Position numbers and translations under genes: made by a program. The notes below the pieces were generated by a model. It saw only the letters and a program-made list of their open reading frames with translations, was not told where the DNA came from and did not search any database. From assembly GCF_009914755.1 (NCBI RefSeq), contig NC_060944.1: DNA of 64,000 bases. One strand, written 5' to 3'. Positions 1 through 13,871 of the stretch are shown piece by piece. The stretch's first letter is position 1; the number at the start of each line of letters is the position of its first letter. This stretch comes from the human T2T-CHM13v2.0 reference genome, Homo sapiens.

Positions 1-1250
1 TGAAGGTTATCTCTACAAAAGACTTTTGGCTAACATTATACTTAATGGTAAAATACTGAATGTTCTTTCCTAAGCAAAGATTGGGAAGTAGGCAAAGATG
101 TCCACTTTTATCGCTTCTATTCAACATTGCACTGGAGGTTCTATACATTGCAATAAAGCAACAAAAGGAAAGGAGGGAGGGAGTGCATAAGGATCAGAAA
201 GAAAGTAGTAAAACTACCTCTTTTGCAGATCCCATGACTGGTAAAATTAAAGATCAATTCTATTTATAAACATATAGACTGAATACTTGGGAACAAATTC
301 ATCAAAAGACTTATACAATGAAAACTATGAAACGCTGTTGAGAGAAATCAAAGACCTAAACAAATGGAGAGATACACCATGTTTATAAACTAGTTATGAC
401 TGTTAACATGTTATTTCTCCCCATATTGATCTAAAACCTGAGTCATAATTCCAGCAAGCAATTGATAAACCAATTCTAAAATTTATATAGAAGCTCAAAA
501 GGCCTATAATTTCCAAAACAATATTTTAAAAAACCACAATGTTGGAAGACTTATACTGACTGACTTCAAGACTAACCACAAATCTACCATAATCAAAACA
601 GTGTGGTACTGACATAAAGAAAAGTAGACCTATGATAAATAGAACAGATTGGAGGACCAAGAAATAGACACACTATTACAGAGTCATGATTTTCAACAAA
701 GAAACCAAAGAAATCCAATGGAAAAGAAAAGCCTTTACAGCAAATAATCCTGTAATAACTGCATATCTATATGAAAAAATGAACCTCCAATCTCTGCATC
801 ATACCTTAATCAAATATTAATTTGAGATTATAATACTCCTAAACATAAAAGCTAAAACTATAAAATTTTTGTGGAAAAATAATAGAACATCTTAGTGATT
901 TAAGAGTCGACAAAAATTTTTTGGGTCACGGAAAGCAATAACCATAAAAATAGATCAAGTAGATTTCAAAATTTAAAACTGCTCACCAGATATCATTAAG
1001 AAAATGAATAAGCAAGATACAATTTTGGAGAAAACATAGAACATATATATGTCAAAGGAGTGGAATCTAGGATACCTAAGAACTAGATAGTCCAATAAAA
1101 AATGAACAAAATATTTAAAATATATACTTTACAAAGGAAAATATATGAATGGCCAGAAAGCACATGAAAAAGTGCTCAGCATCACTAGTCATTGGAAAAA
1201 TGCAAATAAAAAACATGAGATATTATTACATGTCTATTGAAATGATAAAA
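1..1250 (+). mobile_element. Old L1M-type LINE-1 ORF2/3' fragment
   Basis: Degenerate L1 ORF2 motifs (ctattcaacattgcactggaggttcta, gacttcaagac...aatcaaaacagtgtggtactg, cacatgaaaaagtgctcagcatcactagtcatt); boundaries approximate. Confidence 0.8.
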
Positions 1251-1637
1251 TATGTCTTAATATCTAAATTTGTAATAGTACTAGTCTGATTTTGTCCACT
1301 AGCATTATGCAGTTCCAGTTATAGGATTGGAGAAACCAGATATTCAGATTTAATCAAGCAAATGGGATGGAAGGTCAGGAGCCTTAAACATAGAGACCAG
1401 AATGACAAACTGGATCACTGGTTTTAGACTAGACAGGGAAGGAGGTAAGTACAGGGGTAGAGCTGGGAGATTAGTAGGGAAACATGGGATCAAGGTGTTT
1501 GATGAATTTCTGAATGTGAACCTCTGAAAATATTGATTTTGCTTTCATTAGTCTGTTTTGTTAACCCAGAAAGGATGTAACATTTGTTCCATATGGTAAG
1601 AATTAAGAAAATTATTAGAAAAAAACAAGTTTAATAC

Positions 1638-1698
1638 CTTCAATGCTGTATATTTGTACTTTTTCCTCTGGCACAGTAACTGCTTCCCATTGATGATC
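1638..1698 (-). CDS. SYCP2: SYCP2 coding exon 13 in window (DHQWEAVTVPEEKVQIYSIE+G); gene continues off the left edge
   Basis: AAG acceptor, GTATTA donor, 61 nt, in frame with preceding exon. Confidence 0.9.
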
Positions 1699-2238
1699 CT
1701 TAAATTTAAAAGCAGGTTTTGGCCATAAATAATTTATTTCTGATTTACAGTTTCTTTAAACATCAAATTTCAAGTTACAGGAACTATGAATTCTTTTTGC
1801 TAGTCACTAAGTAACTAGTTTATATAACACCTTTCTTGCTCCACCAATTAACTACATATTACACATGTTATATTTAATGTATTTGTTCATTATTAAAACG
1901 AAATGATGATTTTGACAATTTTCTATTCTTAACCAAAAAAAAGAATGACTGTTAATATTATATTTATTAGAGGATACCCTTTTTAAAAATGTTACCAAGT
2001 CTTTTTATGTTTTCTTTGAAATATTTTATGAAGTCATACTCATTCCTCAATTCCCACTCCTACTACCTATCCCAGGTCCTGTAACCACAATACTCATTAA
2101 CTGATTGTCCTTTGATTTAAATATGAATGCGCATGAATAATAACCTAAAATGTTTGCCCCAAGTATTTTCACTGAAAATGTGTATAACTGAATGATACTG
2201 AATTCACAAAGTTATAGTAAAAATTAAATACCATTCCT

Positions 2239-2562
2239 GGCCAGGCACGGTGGCTCACGCCTGTAATCCCGGGACTTTGGGAGGCCAAGGCAGGCGGATC
2301 ACGAGGTCAGGAGATGGAGAACATCCTGGCTAACACGGTGAAACCCCGTCTCTACTAAAAATACAAAAAAAAATTAGCCGGGCGTGGTGGTGGGCGCCTG
2401 TAGTTCCAGCTACTCAGGAGGCTGAGGCAGGAGAATGGCGTGAACCCGGGAGGCGGAGCTTGCAGTGAGCCAAGATCGCACCACTGCTCTCCAGCCTGGG
2501 CAACAGAGGGAGACTCCATCTCAAACAAAACAGAACAAAACACAAAACAAAACGAAAAAAAA
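2239..2562 (+). mobile_element. AluY-like element
   Basis: Full dimeric Alu with Y-type features (gatcacgaggtcaggagat, gaatggcgtgaacc, gcggagcttgcag) and (A3-4C)n tail. Confidence 0.9.
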
Positions 2563-4647
2563 CTAAATACTTTTGTTATTTAAGGACAACTCATTCCCGA
2601 GAACTTCCTCTAAATCCTTACTATTTTCACCAATTCCCTTCTCTCCTATACCTTAATTGAAACCAGTCACACCCTGATGACATCACCACCTTTTTCCCTT
2701 ACCTCAAAACCTCAGGATCAGGAGGAAAGGGACAGTATTCTAAGTTTTCCCCAAGGCTTTGAGCAGCCTCCTATTTCTGTGTGTAAAAAACTTGCTCCTT
2801 TGAGGAATATCTCAGTTGGCATACTCTATTCCCAATAATTGTTATCATCTACCAACTTAAAACTGATTCTTCCTTATATATCAAGGCACTTAGTTCACTT
2901 TTTAAAAAAACACACATAATGGCAATTTTCAAACAGATTTTTAATCAGAAATCATAGTATTATAAACCCAAAATATGCCCTTACCCAGATTCAACAGTTA
3001 TCAGTATGTTGTAGCAATTTTGTTCCATTTTCACCTCCCACTCTCCATTATACTCCTTCCTCCTGACCTCAATTTTTTCCTTCAACCTCTCCCTATCTGC
3101 CCTTCACCATCAATTTATGAAAGCTCTTATCCTTAATATACCCAAAAAAACCCCTACATTGAATCCACATGTCACGCTCTTTCCTTAACTTGATGTCTTT
3201 ACTTCCTTAACCGATATTTTAACTTTCTAGGAATGCCTAAACTCTTCACCATGTAAGTGAAACTGCTCTTTCATGGGTTACCAGTTTTTATTTAACCTCC
3301 CCTCTCAGGAATATTTCACTGTGTTGATCATTTCCTCTCATAAAACCTCCTTTCCTTTGTCGTCCGTAACACTATACCCTTTTAATTTGTTCCCTTTTGG
3401 CCGATTCTTCAAGTATCCTTCTGGCTAAAATCTCTTCTACTTATCCTGTAGAAATTTGTTTTTCATAGTTCTTTCATATAGGCACTCATTAAAACCCATG
3501 GTTCTGTCATTTATATACAGATAGCTTCTATATCTCTACTTACAGCTCAACTTCCATCCAGCTACCCAAATTTTAGTAATCCTTCTTTTTAAAAAATTAC
3601 AAACAAATCACCAAGTTTGCTCAGTTCTGTCTCCTCTCAAGTCTTTCTGGATTCTATCAATTTCCATCCATGCCCATCGTTATATCTCAAAACCATCCCA
3701 CAATTATTTCTCACCTGGATTATTGCAAAAGCCTCCTAACTGCCTCTAGTGTTTTTTCTTTTTATCCATTCTCCCCAGTCTATTTTTATCCATTTCCCCT
3801 ACCAGGGGGGATCTTTTACACAAATGTGTTCTCCAGTGCCTAGTACATACGTGACACATAGTTCTCAATAGATATTCATTGAACTGATGTTACCTCCTAC
3901 TTAAAATCCTCCTTTGGCTCCACACTTCCTATATTTTTGCAATCCCCTATGCCCTCTGTACATCTTTCAATTCTTTCAATGTTCCGTTTACTCATTCTTC
4001 CAACAAACATGAGCCACTGAATAGCTATAAACTAATCTTATACTCTATGCGGGAAAGCAGACAACAAACAACAAATAAACAAAATGATTTTAAATAATAA
4101 CTACTATAAAGGAAATAAGACAATGTGGAATAATGTGGTTGTGAGGCTACTTTATATTGAGTAACCTGAGAATACTCTATGAGAAGGCAACATTTGTGCT
4201 TAAATCTAAATGGGAAGAACTAAGATGCAAGGACCTGGAGGAAGAGGTCTATGCAGAAGAACTAAGAAAGACCTAAGATGGGCATAATCTGTGTTAGAGA
4301 AATAGAAAAATAAATGTGACTGGAACACAGTCATCATAGAAAATATATGAAATATCAGAGAAACAGCCAGAGACCAGGCCACAAAAAGCCTTGTATGCCA
4401 TGTCAGAGAGACAGAAGAAGGATTCAAGGAGCCACTGTGGAGAATGGCTTTTATGGAGAACAAGAGAGAATAAAGGGATAACATACTACAGCTACGGAAA
4501 TTCAGAAGAGAGAGGATTCTAAATATAGTTTTGGAAAGAAGAGTCCCCCAGCATCTTGATCAGTGTCTGGAACACACTAGGCATTAAATACTTATAAATG
4601 CATTTTATACTTTCCCTATCATGTATACTGCTATAGTGTAATTGCTT

Positions 4648-4859
<212 letters not shown>

Positions 4860-4993
4860 TAACTGCTTATTTTCTTATCTCAATAATCCATTAGACCAAA
4901 CTGAATAAAGGAACACTGCCCTATTTATTTCCTTTATAGTAGTTACTGCTATTTAATAACAATACTTTTCTCTTCTCCCAAAACGAAATTCTA

Positions 4994-5073
4994 TTAGGCT
5001 GGTGCAAAAGTAATTGCAGTTTCTGCCATTGAAAGTAATGGCAAGAACCGCAATTACTTTTGCACCTGCCTAA
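4994..5073. mobile_element. MADE1 (Hsmar1-derived MITE), 80 bp
   Basis: ttaggctggtgcaaaagtaattgc...gcaattacttttgcacctgcctaa: ~37-bp terminal inverted repeats with a 6-bp spacer. Confidence 0.92.
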
Positions 5074-6023
5074 GTAGCTCCTCGAAAAAAAATCAGCTTA
5101 AAACACTCCTACAAATCCTGCAGGAGAAATATACTAATGGAAACTGTCAGTGCCCCTGAGAAGCAGTGCTAGTCATTGGAACTCAATTTTAAGCATTCTA
5201 AGAAGGTACTTTAAAATAAAAAGCAATAAAGGCATGTGGAAATCCTAAAAGGCATTTGATTAATGTTCATCTATAAAATGTTTACCTGGAACAAATGGCA
5301 GGATTCTATAAGAAACAGACTAAAAAGACTAAAGCCTTATTATAATATCACCAGCCACAACCAGATTAGTAAATGCTGATCAACTCTTACTCAGATTTTG
5401 GCAAACGGACTGCATAATTTGAGCTAAATGTATGCAAATGTATCAAATACGAGGTGGTAGCTATTATGAAATAATGGCTCAAGGATTTTCCTCAGGTAAA
5501 AAATATGCAGGTCAGCAGAAAATATGCCACCTATTTGGAAGATCTGAGCACAGCTATGATAAAGCATAGGAAGAAAAAAACTAAAATTAACTCCCACTCA
5601 AGTCCTATTTCCAAAGAGAAGGTTTTATGAATGATTAAGTTAGGTCCACTTGTCACTGTCTGTTAATATTTTCAATAGAATGCCACTGTATTTGAGTAAC
5701 TTCCCTTTTCTAAAGTCAATTCACTTTGTTTATGTGAATACAAAATTTTAACTGTCATAAATTAACATTTATTTTTTAAAAGCTTATGTTAAAAAATGAG
5801 CATTAAAACTCAGCATTATTTTTTCTTATACAATAAAACATCAGAAGTAGTTTTCATTTATAATTAGCTTGGTAGGTTGCTATGCTAATCAAACTACTAG
5901 AGCTAATATTAAAATCTAGGTAAAGACTGGCTAGAACATATAAAGAAATCCACATTCTTAAAGTAAGTAAAAATCTTATATATGCATATACATAAAGAAT
6001 AATACCAACCAAATTAAACTTAC

Positions 6024-6119
6024 ATCATTATCTCCAGCAATGTAGAATGAGAGAGTCTGACTCCCAAGATTAAAATCAATCCAAAATTCCTCAAGTTTTT
6101 CATCTGATGGTATTTGCAG
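6024..6119 (-). CDS. SYCP2: SYCP2 coding exon 12 ([32 protein letters not shown])
   Basis: TAG acceptor, GTAAGT donor, 96 nt, phase 0/0. Confidence 0.95.
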
Positions 6120-6646
6120 CTAATAAAATAAACATACAAAACTGGAATATACAATGATTTTAGAAATAACAGACAATTATGATGTTATATTCATGGCTAA
6201 AGCAAGAAAACAAAGCTAGAAGGAGAGAGAAGAGAAAGAACAGACAAGTATAATATTTAGATAAATTTAAAAACAATCAAATGAAATGCTACTTTAATAT
6301 TTTATAAAAAATCAACTAGCTCCAAGAAATTATGAATATTCCAAGTGCTAATAAAGGTTGAAAGTACTAGTTTGAATAGATTCATACATGATAAATCAAT
6401 AATGGTCTTAAGGAAACACGAGAAAAACTGGACTACAGCCTTTATTTTTCAGTTATTCTTGGCAATGAATATGCTGTTCCATAAAACTTCTCCTGGTTTC
6501 ACTGTCAGATACAGAATACTAGACCAGCTACATTCATGATCTAATTACAACTATTTTTAGTGTTCTTATTCATTTTTAACTCATAATTCACTTGACTATC
6601 AAAATTCATGCAATAACTAAAATAATGTGTTAAATTAAAATTTTAC

Positions 6647-6692
6647 CTCATATTTATCAAGAAATGCTGATAAACAAGGAAATGTAAAGACC
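6647..6692 (-). CDS. SYCP2: SYCP2 coding exon 11 (VFTFPCLSAFLDKYE)
   Basis: CAG acceptor, GTAAAA donor, 46 nt, phase consistent. Confidence 0.93.
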
Positions 6693-6949
6693 CTGAAATA
6701 AAAAGTAGTTTAAGAAAAAAATAAATAAGCTTTCACAGCATAATCTTGTCCAGTAATAGAAATCATGCCTAGAATCAAAAGGAAATCAGGCAGTGGTCAT
6801 AATAATTGAAATAAAATCATATTTCCCTCTTTAATACTTTTCAAAATACATGTTTAGTGGACATTTATGTAGAGAAAATCATATTACTTTGACAATACTA
6901 CTCAATCTACCATTCTGACTAAAATGATTGCACCAAATGTTTTTGTGTG

Positions 6950-7325
6950 TGATATGGTTTGGTTCTGTGTCCCCACCCAAATCTCGTCTTGAATGGTACT
7001 GTCATAATTCCCATGTGTTGTGTGAGGGACCTGGTAGGAGATAACAGAATCATGAGGGCAGTTTCTCCCACACTGTTCTTGCGGTAGTGAGTAACTCTCA
7101 CGAGATCTGATGGTTTTATCAGGGGTTTCCCCTTTTGCATCTTCCTCATTCTTTCTTTGCCTGCTGCTATCCACGTAAGATGGGACTTGCTCCTCCTTGC
7201 CTTCTGCCATGATAGTGAGGCTTCCCCAGCCACATGGAACTTTAAGTCCAATTAAATCTCTTTCTTTTTTAAATGTCTCAGTCTCCAGTATGTCTTTATC
7301 AGCAGTATTAAAACAGACTAATACA
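6950..7325 (+). mobile_element. THE1 (MaLR) solo LTR
   Basis: TGATATGGTTTGG...AGACTAATACA termini; exact 5-bp TSD gtgtg at 6945-6949 and 7326-7330. Confidence 0.92.
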
Positions 7326-8248
7326 GTGTGCTATCAAATATGAGCAGAGTTTCCTAACTTAGCTTATTGTTTCCATAGAACTTAAATAAGAATACAAGTG
7401 AATAATTACATTAAAAATGGTTAAATTCACAGAATTCTTTCTTAGATACTATTTTACATAGTTAGCATATTATCTCATTTTAATCTATATCACAAACATA
7501 TGAGGTAGTTATTAATATAACAGCTAAGGAAACTGAGGCATGTAAGGTTAAATAATTTGCCCAATATTAGAACAGGAAGAGAGGAACTTATGATTCAAAT
7601 CAGGTAATATGACTCCTTGCACAACCCTTACAATACCGTTAATTTCTTTAGTAAGTAAAATAAATGTGAACTCATTCATCCAATAATTATGTTGAACATC
7701 TATGAGGTGCTAGGCATTGCAAATTCTGTTTTTCTGTCGTTATAAAAAAAAGATTAAAATTTATATTACACATCCTTTCATGCCCCTCAGAAAGATCCTA
7801 CTTACTGTATGTTAATTATAAAGGAAGATGATTTGTTTGCTATATATTTACATTCCAGTATGTGGATGAAGGAGATGATTCAAGTAATAAATATGTCTAG
7901 ATTTTTATTATCCCTCAAACATTAAATAATAATGGATATGCAACTCAGAAGTATAGTAAGCCAATTTTGAACATCTAAAGTTATTAATTAATATGAATTA
8001 AACAGAAATGAACTTTTCCCTCTAAAAAGTACAAAATAAAACAAGGCCAGTGCAGAATTATTTCAGATTACTGGTGTAGTAATTTGCTAAAATCATGTTA
8101 TTGTTTTAAATTATCTATGCACATTCTACACTCCAACATAGTGTAGAGAACAAGAATAAAGTTAAATGTATAAAGATGCAACACTGGGTGCTCACTCTTG
8201 AGCTCTATTTATTTGACAGTAAATGGTTGTATCTTGCATTAAGTTTAC

Positions 8249-8301
8249 CTTCTTTTGTCTCCAAGCATGCCATTTACAAGGTTGAGAAATATCCTGCAAT
8301 C
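8249..8301 (-). CDS. SYCP2: SYCP2 coding exon 10 (DCRIFLNLVNGMLGDKR)
   Basis: TAG acceptor, GTAAAC donor, 53 nt; preceded by an 81-nt intron. Confidence 0.93.
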
Positions 8302-8382
8302 CTAATTTTAAAGAGAAATACTTTTAAAAATCATAATAATTTTTAAAAATTCACGAATTTCTGTTATTGTTATACAACTTAC

Positions 8383-8525
8383 TGTTTCAAATTCAGAGTC
8401 CTTAATTCTTTTAAATGCCTTAGCAATAAAATCCATTGAAAACCACTGATGTGCCAGTTCTTGTCTTTGTTTTTCTGTGGTCATTCTACACAAAGCTTCT
8501 ACAATGCCTACCTGTAAGTCATAAT
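8383..8525 (-). CDS. SYCP2: SYCP2 coding exon 9 ([48 protein letters not shown])
   Basis: TAG acceptor, GTAAGT donor, 143 nt; overlaps ORF-track 8308..8493. Confidence 0.95.
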
Positions 8526-9104
8526 CTATTAAAAAAATAGTTAATGTTTGATTTACAATTATGAAAATTAAGTTTATAAAAGACCATATATTTTACAAGG
8601 TATTAGAATAAGCAAGAGAAATAAGAATATATTAATGTAATTGATTAATCTATTAATATTTTCTTCATATGGATTAGAAATATCTCATCATTTGAGGAAT
8701 TAACACAGCCCAAATAACAAGTGTGCCAACAGAAGAAATAAGTAAAATTTAAAAAAATGTTGAGACTTCTAAATATTCAAAGACACTGCCATTTCATTAT
8801 TATTAGAGATATAAAATGCAAAGTAACCCACACAGTTGTCTGTAAGTTACAAAGTCTGTTTTCCTCTTGTGTAACATGTTTACAGTTATCCCAGAGTACT
8901 TTAAACCATGATTTATTCTACATGTAAATCACCATATTAAAATTCATTCACAAAAAGCTTAGAAAATAAATTTTAAGTTATTTTAATAAACACATTGTTT
9001 AAAAACAAATCCATCAATATGAAGAATATTAGACACCCTAATTTCATAAAAAAATCTGAGGAATTTCTTAGCACAAGTAGTTCAGGTCTACTGAAAAATT
9101 AAGC

Positions 9105-9212
9105 CATTATATTAAGCTATTATATTAATCTATTAATTTAAGCTTTATTAATTAAGCTATTATATTAAGCTATTAAATTAAGCTATTAATTTAAGCTATT
9201 AAGCTATATTAT
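9105..9212. repeat. AT-rich degenerate minisatellite, ~12-bp unit (ATTAAGCTATTA)
   Basis: About 8 copies of a ttaagctatt-like core. Confidence 0.8.
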
Positions 9213-9438
9213 TCATAAGTCTACCATTAGGCACAAATTGTATGTATCTAACGCCTACTGTCATAAATTATTTTTGTCCCAGACAAATTTCATGTATATT
9301 TATTAAAAATTGCTTAATTGTACATAATGTTTATAATTCCCTCAGTCTCACATTGCTATGCTAATATTTAAATTAAAAAGATACTATCTGCTATTCATAA
9401 ATATGGAATAATTTTAGATTTGGAAAAGACATACTTAC

Positions 9439-9473
9439 CTCCAGCATCTAAAATCCTTTCTCCCATACTACTC
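9439..9473 (-). CDS. SYCP2: SYCP2 coding exon 8 (SSMGERILDAG), 35 nt
   Basis: CAG acceptor, GTAAGT donor, phase 2/1 matches neighbours. Confidence 0.92.
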
Positions 9474-9738
9474 CTGTGAATTAAAATAACAGATTACAAA
9501 ATAGACCAGTATCAATTAAATAGGAAGTCCACATGTTTAGGAGGAAAAGAAACTTCACAAAAATTTACAATTGGCTAATATCATCGACTTTTGCAGAAAT
9601 TATATGCATACACTAAATTATATTAAAAAGCTGCAACAGTTTATCAGTTTCATTATTAATGCAAACTCATAGTTGTCTGTCTTATAAAACATTCTTATGG
9701 ATTTTAAGAATAAAAACCATATAAGTACAGATTATTAC

Positions 9739-9824
9739 ATGAGAATTAACATTTCTTGGTTAGAGAGTATTTTCCGGGCATCTTGAGGCATTTTGTCAAG
9801 CATAGCATTCATTTTTTTTATAAT
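9739..9824 (-). CDS. SYCP2: SYCP2 coding exon 7 (IIKKMNAMLDKMPQDARKILSNQEMLILM)
   Basis: TAG acceptor, GTAATA donor, 86 nt. Confidence 0.93.
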
Positions 9825-9942
9825 CTAGAAAAGAAAAAAAGATAATGCATTAACTTTACATTCAGTGAAACACTATTAAGAGAAATATTCTAGGCACATA
9901 AACTTAGAAGCCTAATTTTTTCTTAATCACTGAGTTTTATTA

Positions 9943-10357
<415 letters not shown>

Positions 10358-10759
10358 TTAAAGCACTTGTACTTTTTGCAATAAAACTTGTATTTATTTT
10401 AACTCCATTATAAGATCTGAGGAAGCCAAAAAATGTTACTTTATTTTGTTCTTATGATTATAGTACATGTACACACATACATATACTAATACAGATTATT
10501 TTTAGCATTTAAATACTTAAGCACCCCAAAAATCTGGTTGGTATAATTTATTTCCACTTGAGCTATATGCACACATAAACCCATATGGTTATAAATTTTC
10601 AGTAAGTATTTCGGAAATATGTCAGGCAATAGATTATGATAGAAATATACTCCAAGCTAAGTAATTTTGTCCTACATGAAATAAATTGTCAATTTAATTG
10701 CTATTGATTTTCTTCACGTTCTCATTTTTAGTTTTTAAAACACAAATAAATGACTTTAC

Positions 10760-10845
10760 CTCTTGCTGAATACAAATATTCACTCTTGAGTCAATAACCA
10801 GGGAACAAATGCGAGGTACGAAACTTTCCACTACTTGTTTTTTAC
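10760..10845 (-). CDS. SYCP2: SYCP2 coding exon 6 (GKKQVVESFVPRICSLVIDSRVNICIQQE)
   Basis: CAG acceptor, GTAAAG donor, 86 nt. Confidence 0.93.
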
Positions 10846-10931
10846 CTGAATAAAAGTGTTAAATTATTGATAAATGTTCATTTCAAATCCTCTTAACTGT
10901 CAGTCTTTTCTTATAAGAGTTAGTGGAAAGG

Positions 10932-11208
10932 GGCCAGGCATGGTAACTCAGGCCTATAATCCTAGCACTTTGGAAGGCCCAGATAGGTAGACTGCTTGAG
11001 CCCAGGAGTTTGAGACCAGCCTGGGCAACATGGCAAAATCCTGTCTGTACAAAAATTAGCCGGGCACCTGTAATCCCAGCTACATGGGAGGCTGAGGTGG
11101 GAGAATCACCTGAGCCCAGGAAGTCAAAGCTGCAGTGAGCCGTGATCGTGCCACTGTACTCCAGCCTGGGTGAGAGTGAGACCCTGTCTCAAAAAATAAA
11201 AATAAATA
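10932..11208 (+). mobile_element. AluJ-like element
   Basis: Diverged Alu; exact 17-bp TSD aagagttagtggaaagg (10915-10931, 11209-11225). Confidence 0.9.
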
Positions 11209-12129
11209 AAGAGTTAGTGGAAAGGATATACTACTGCAGTTCAGAAGAAGGCCCACCAGGGCTTGGGGATGAGAAAGAATGAAATTAAGTCCTAATTCTA
11301 CTTGGCCTTGCAAAAAACACCACTCAACAAATGTGACTGATTTTAATACTGTCAAGGGACAACTCTAGATCTAGTTTCTAACTGCAGGCACATAAGGAGG
11401 TATTTATTTTTTTTTTTAGATTAAGTAAATATAGTTCAAAATTGAAAACTTCAATTCTAAGGCTTTTACCAAAACTGACCTCATTAATTTTTAGTTATAC
11501 ATCAAAAATTTTTATACCCATAAAGACCAACACATCTTAACCCCAATGAAGTTCTAAATGATGTGAGCCCCTTTTACGTTAACGCATTTTTGAAAGATGA
11601 GGCTTTATCAATACTAAGTATATTCAGAGGAATGTGTACATGCTGTTTCATAATGCAAATTTTAAAAATAACTTTAAACAATGGAAATACTGTAACAACA
11701 AATGTACAGTTTTCCAAAGTGACTGCATAAAAAGAAAAAAGTACTCAGATGAAAAGATACAATTATTTACTTTAAAAATCAGGTGGATCACTTTACAATT
11801 GCTGGTGCTTTAGGATTTTTTCCCTAAAAACTTAAAAATTTAGACTACATTGTTATGTAGCAAAAACAATCAACGAAGAGGTAGGATTAATTATTATTTA
11901 AATCAATGGCAATCTGTTTAAAACTTTTTGGCTCTGAAGACAACAAGTACCTTTATTTATAAATAATTCACCAGCCTCATTGACCAATCCTAGGTAAGTC
12001 TTCTTCAATCAACACAGAGCTAAAATAAGTTGGATCTGATTGCTTGGCACAAGCAGGCCACAAGTCAAAGAATGAGTAGGAACATATTCTGTATTCTCAA
12101 TTTACTATTGAAAATTTGTTCCATTAGAT

Positions 12130-13319
12130 CAAAGGTTGGCAAACTATGGCCCACGAACTAAATGCAACTCACTGCCAGTTTTTGCATGACTGTATTACTC
12201 ACCAGCAAGTGCTCTGTGAAAACTATTTGAATCTATCATGTTTTATTAAAACAGTAGTGTCAAAGGTGAACATCATTCACTCTTGTCAGTTTACCCATGG
12301 TCAGTTCTTTGAATTTTTGTCAGAAGCAGAAGCTGAGTATTCTGACTTTCCCTACCACACAGCAGTCCAATGGCAGTGGGGTTTTATTGTGACTTTTTGA
12401 TATCCAGCACCAAGACTGAAATTTTTCTGAACAAGAGCTGTCCTCAACCTTTATTGCTGAATACTGAATGGCTTTGGTAATTAGCACTGGCTGCAGAGTT
12501 GACAATGTTTCTAAATGAACTGGGCACAAAATTACAAGATAAAATTATGCTTGCATCATGAACTTAACACTGCAGTGAAGTCATTCTGATAACTAAGGTG
12601 ATCTGAAAGGCAAGCAATGCTATGCTGCTTTATACACTTCACAGACTGTCAAAACAGGAAGCAACATCTCCATTTCCACACAAATTTGCAGGGAATATAT
12701 TTTTTCCAAACTCCAACTACAGGTCTAGCAGTGTTTTTGGGCTTTGTTGTAAGTACAAAGGAAATTTCCACATTTCAAAATCCATTTAATTGTGCAACTG
12801 GGAAGCTTCCACATAACCTTCAATTGGAAGTGATTAATTTGCAATGCAATGACATTCTAAAATGCAAATGTTAAGAACCTAACAATTCTATTAATGCCTT
12901 TCAAGTGATGAACACGCTCAATTAAAAGCATGCTTATGCACTGATATCAGTATTTGGCATTGTCTGCATGAAAAGCCATTTTCTAATGTGACATACATAA
13001 AACCTCATTATAGACAGGGATTAACAAATGAACATTTACAATCAATTTTGAAAACAGAACACTAACTCTGAACCCTAATTAAATGAAATGTTATTCTCTC
13101 GCAAAAAGAATGCAAGTTTCATTATTAGTAGACCTATATTACAAAAAATTGTACAACTATTATATTTTCAATGGCATCAATAAATTATTCATAGAAATTT
13201 GTTTTTCTTTCTTGTTATACAAGTACCCTACATAATATTCTTAATTGTTTTTCTCTTGGACTACAAAGTCTAAAATATTTATTATCTGGCCCTTTACAGT
13301 AAAAGTTTGTTGATCCTTG
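12130..13319 (+). mobile_element. hAT-Charlie DNA transposon remnant (Cheshire/MER58-like termini) with decayed transposase
   Basis: Ends caaaggttggcaaact / agtttgttgatccttg; degenerate 8-bp TSD cattagat/aatcagat; ORF 12146..12400 contains CITHQQVLC and FFEFLSEAEAEYSDFPYHTAVQW, resembling Charlie/Buster transposase motifs. Confidence 0.8.
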
Positions 13320-13431
13320 AATCAGATAATGAGTTCTTAATACTAGGACAACACAATGGGAATTGTAAAATTATACTAAAACTCTAACAGTAAAATTTAT
13401 TGTTCCAATAGAAAATAAGTGTTTATTATAC

Positions 13432-13456
13432 CTTCATCACTGACATCATGTATGAC
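13432..13456 (-). CDS. SYCP2: SYCP2 coding exon 5, 25-nt microexon (VIHDVSDE+G)
   Basis: ttttttcAG acceptor, GTATAA donor; required to keep frame between flanking exons. Confidence 0.9.
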
Positions 13457-13766
13457 CTGAAAAAAAGTGAATAATATTTAATTTACAAGTTACTATATAT
13501 TACAAACCATTACAATATTATAAACCATTACAAATGGTATTGAAATGACAGATTACATTTTAACTCAGAGCATAATTACTTTTTATTAACTAACCATTTA
13601 ATTATATTTACCAGAATAAATGCTTTATACAATCTGAACAGACCAATCCAACCAAGTCACCAACCAATCTGTTAGTGACTTTTAGGCTCAGGGCACAGAG
13701 AACACAAATTGTTTTTTAAATAAACACATGCTTTATAAATATCAGTGTAATCAATGTGATTTTTAC

Positions 13767-13871
13767 CAGCAGAAGATCAACTAAGTCTTCTATCATATTT
13801 AGAACAGCTTCATCTTTTGAATTTCCTTGACTCTGAATAATGTCCTTGGATTTTTCAAACCAGGCAACCAT
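13767..13871 (-). CDS. SYCP2: SYCP2 coding exon 4 (MVAWFEKSKDIIQSQGNSKDEAVLNMIEDLVDLLL), preceded by an AC acceptor
   Basis: 105 nt, GTAAAA donor; upstream intron ends cctttttttAC. Confidence 0.9.

Noticed and set aside
9105-9212. CRISPR-like or iteron-like array
   Set aside because: No unique spacers, eukaryotic intron; a simple minisatellite
12146-12874. Possible domesticated hAT transposase (Buster/ZBED-like)
   Set aside because: Short fragments broken by stops and frameshifts, with degraded motifs; a fossil transposon
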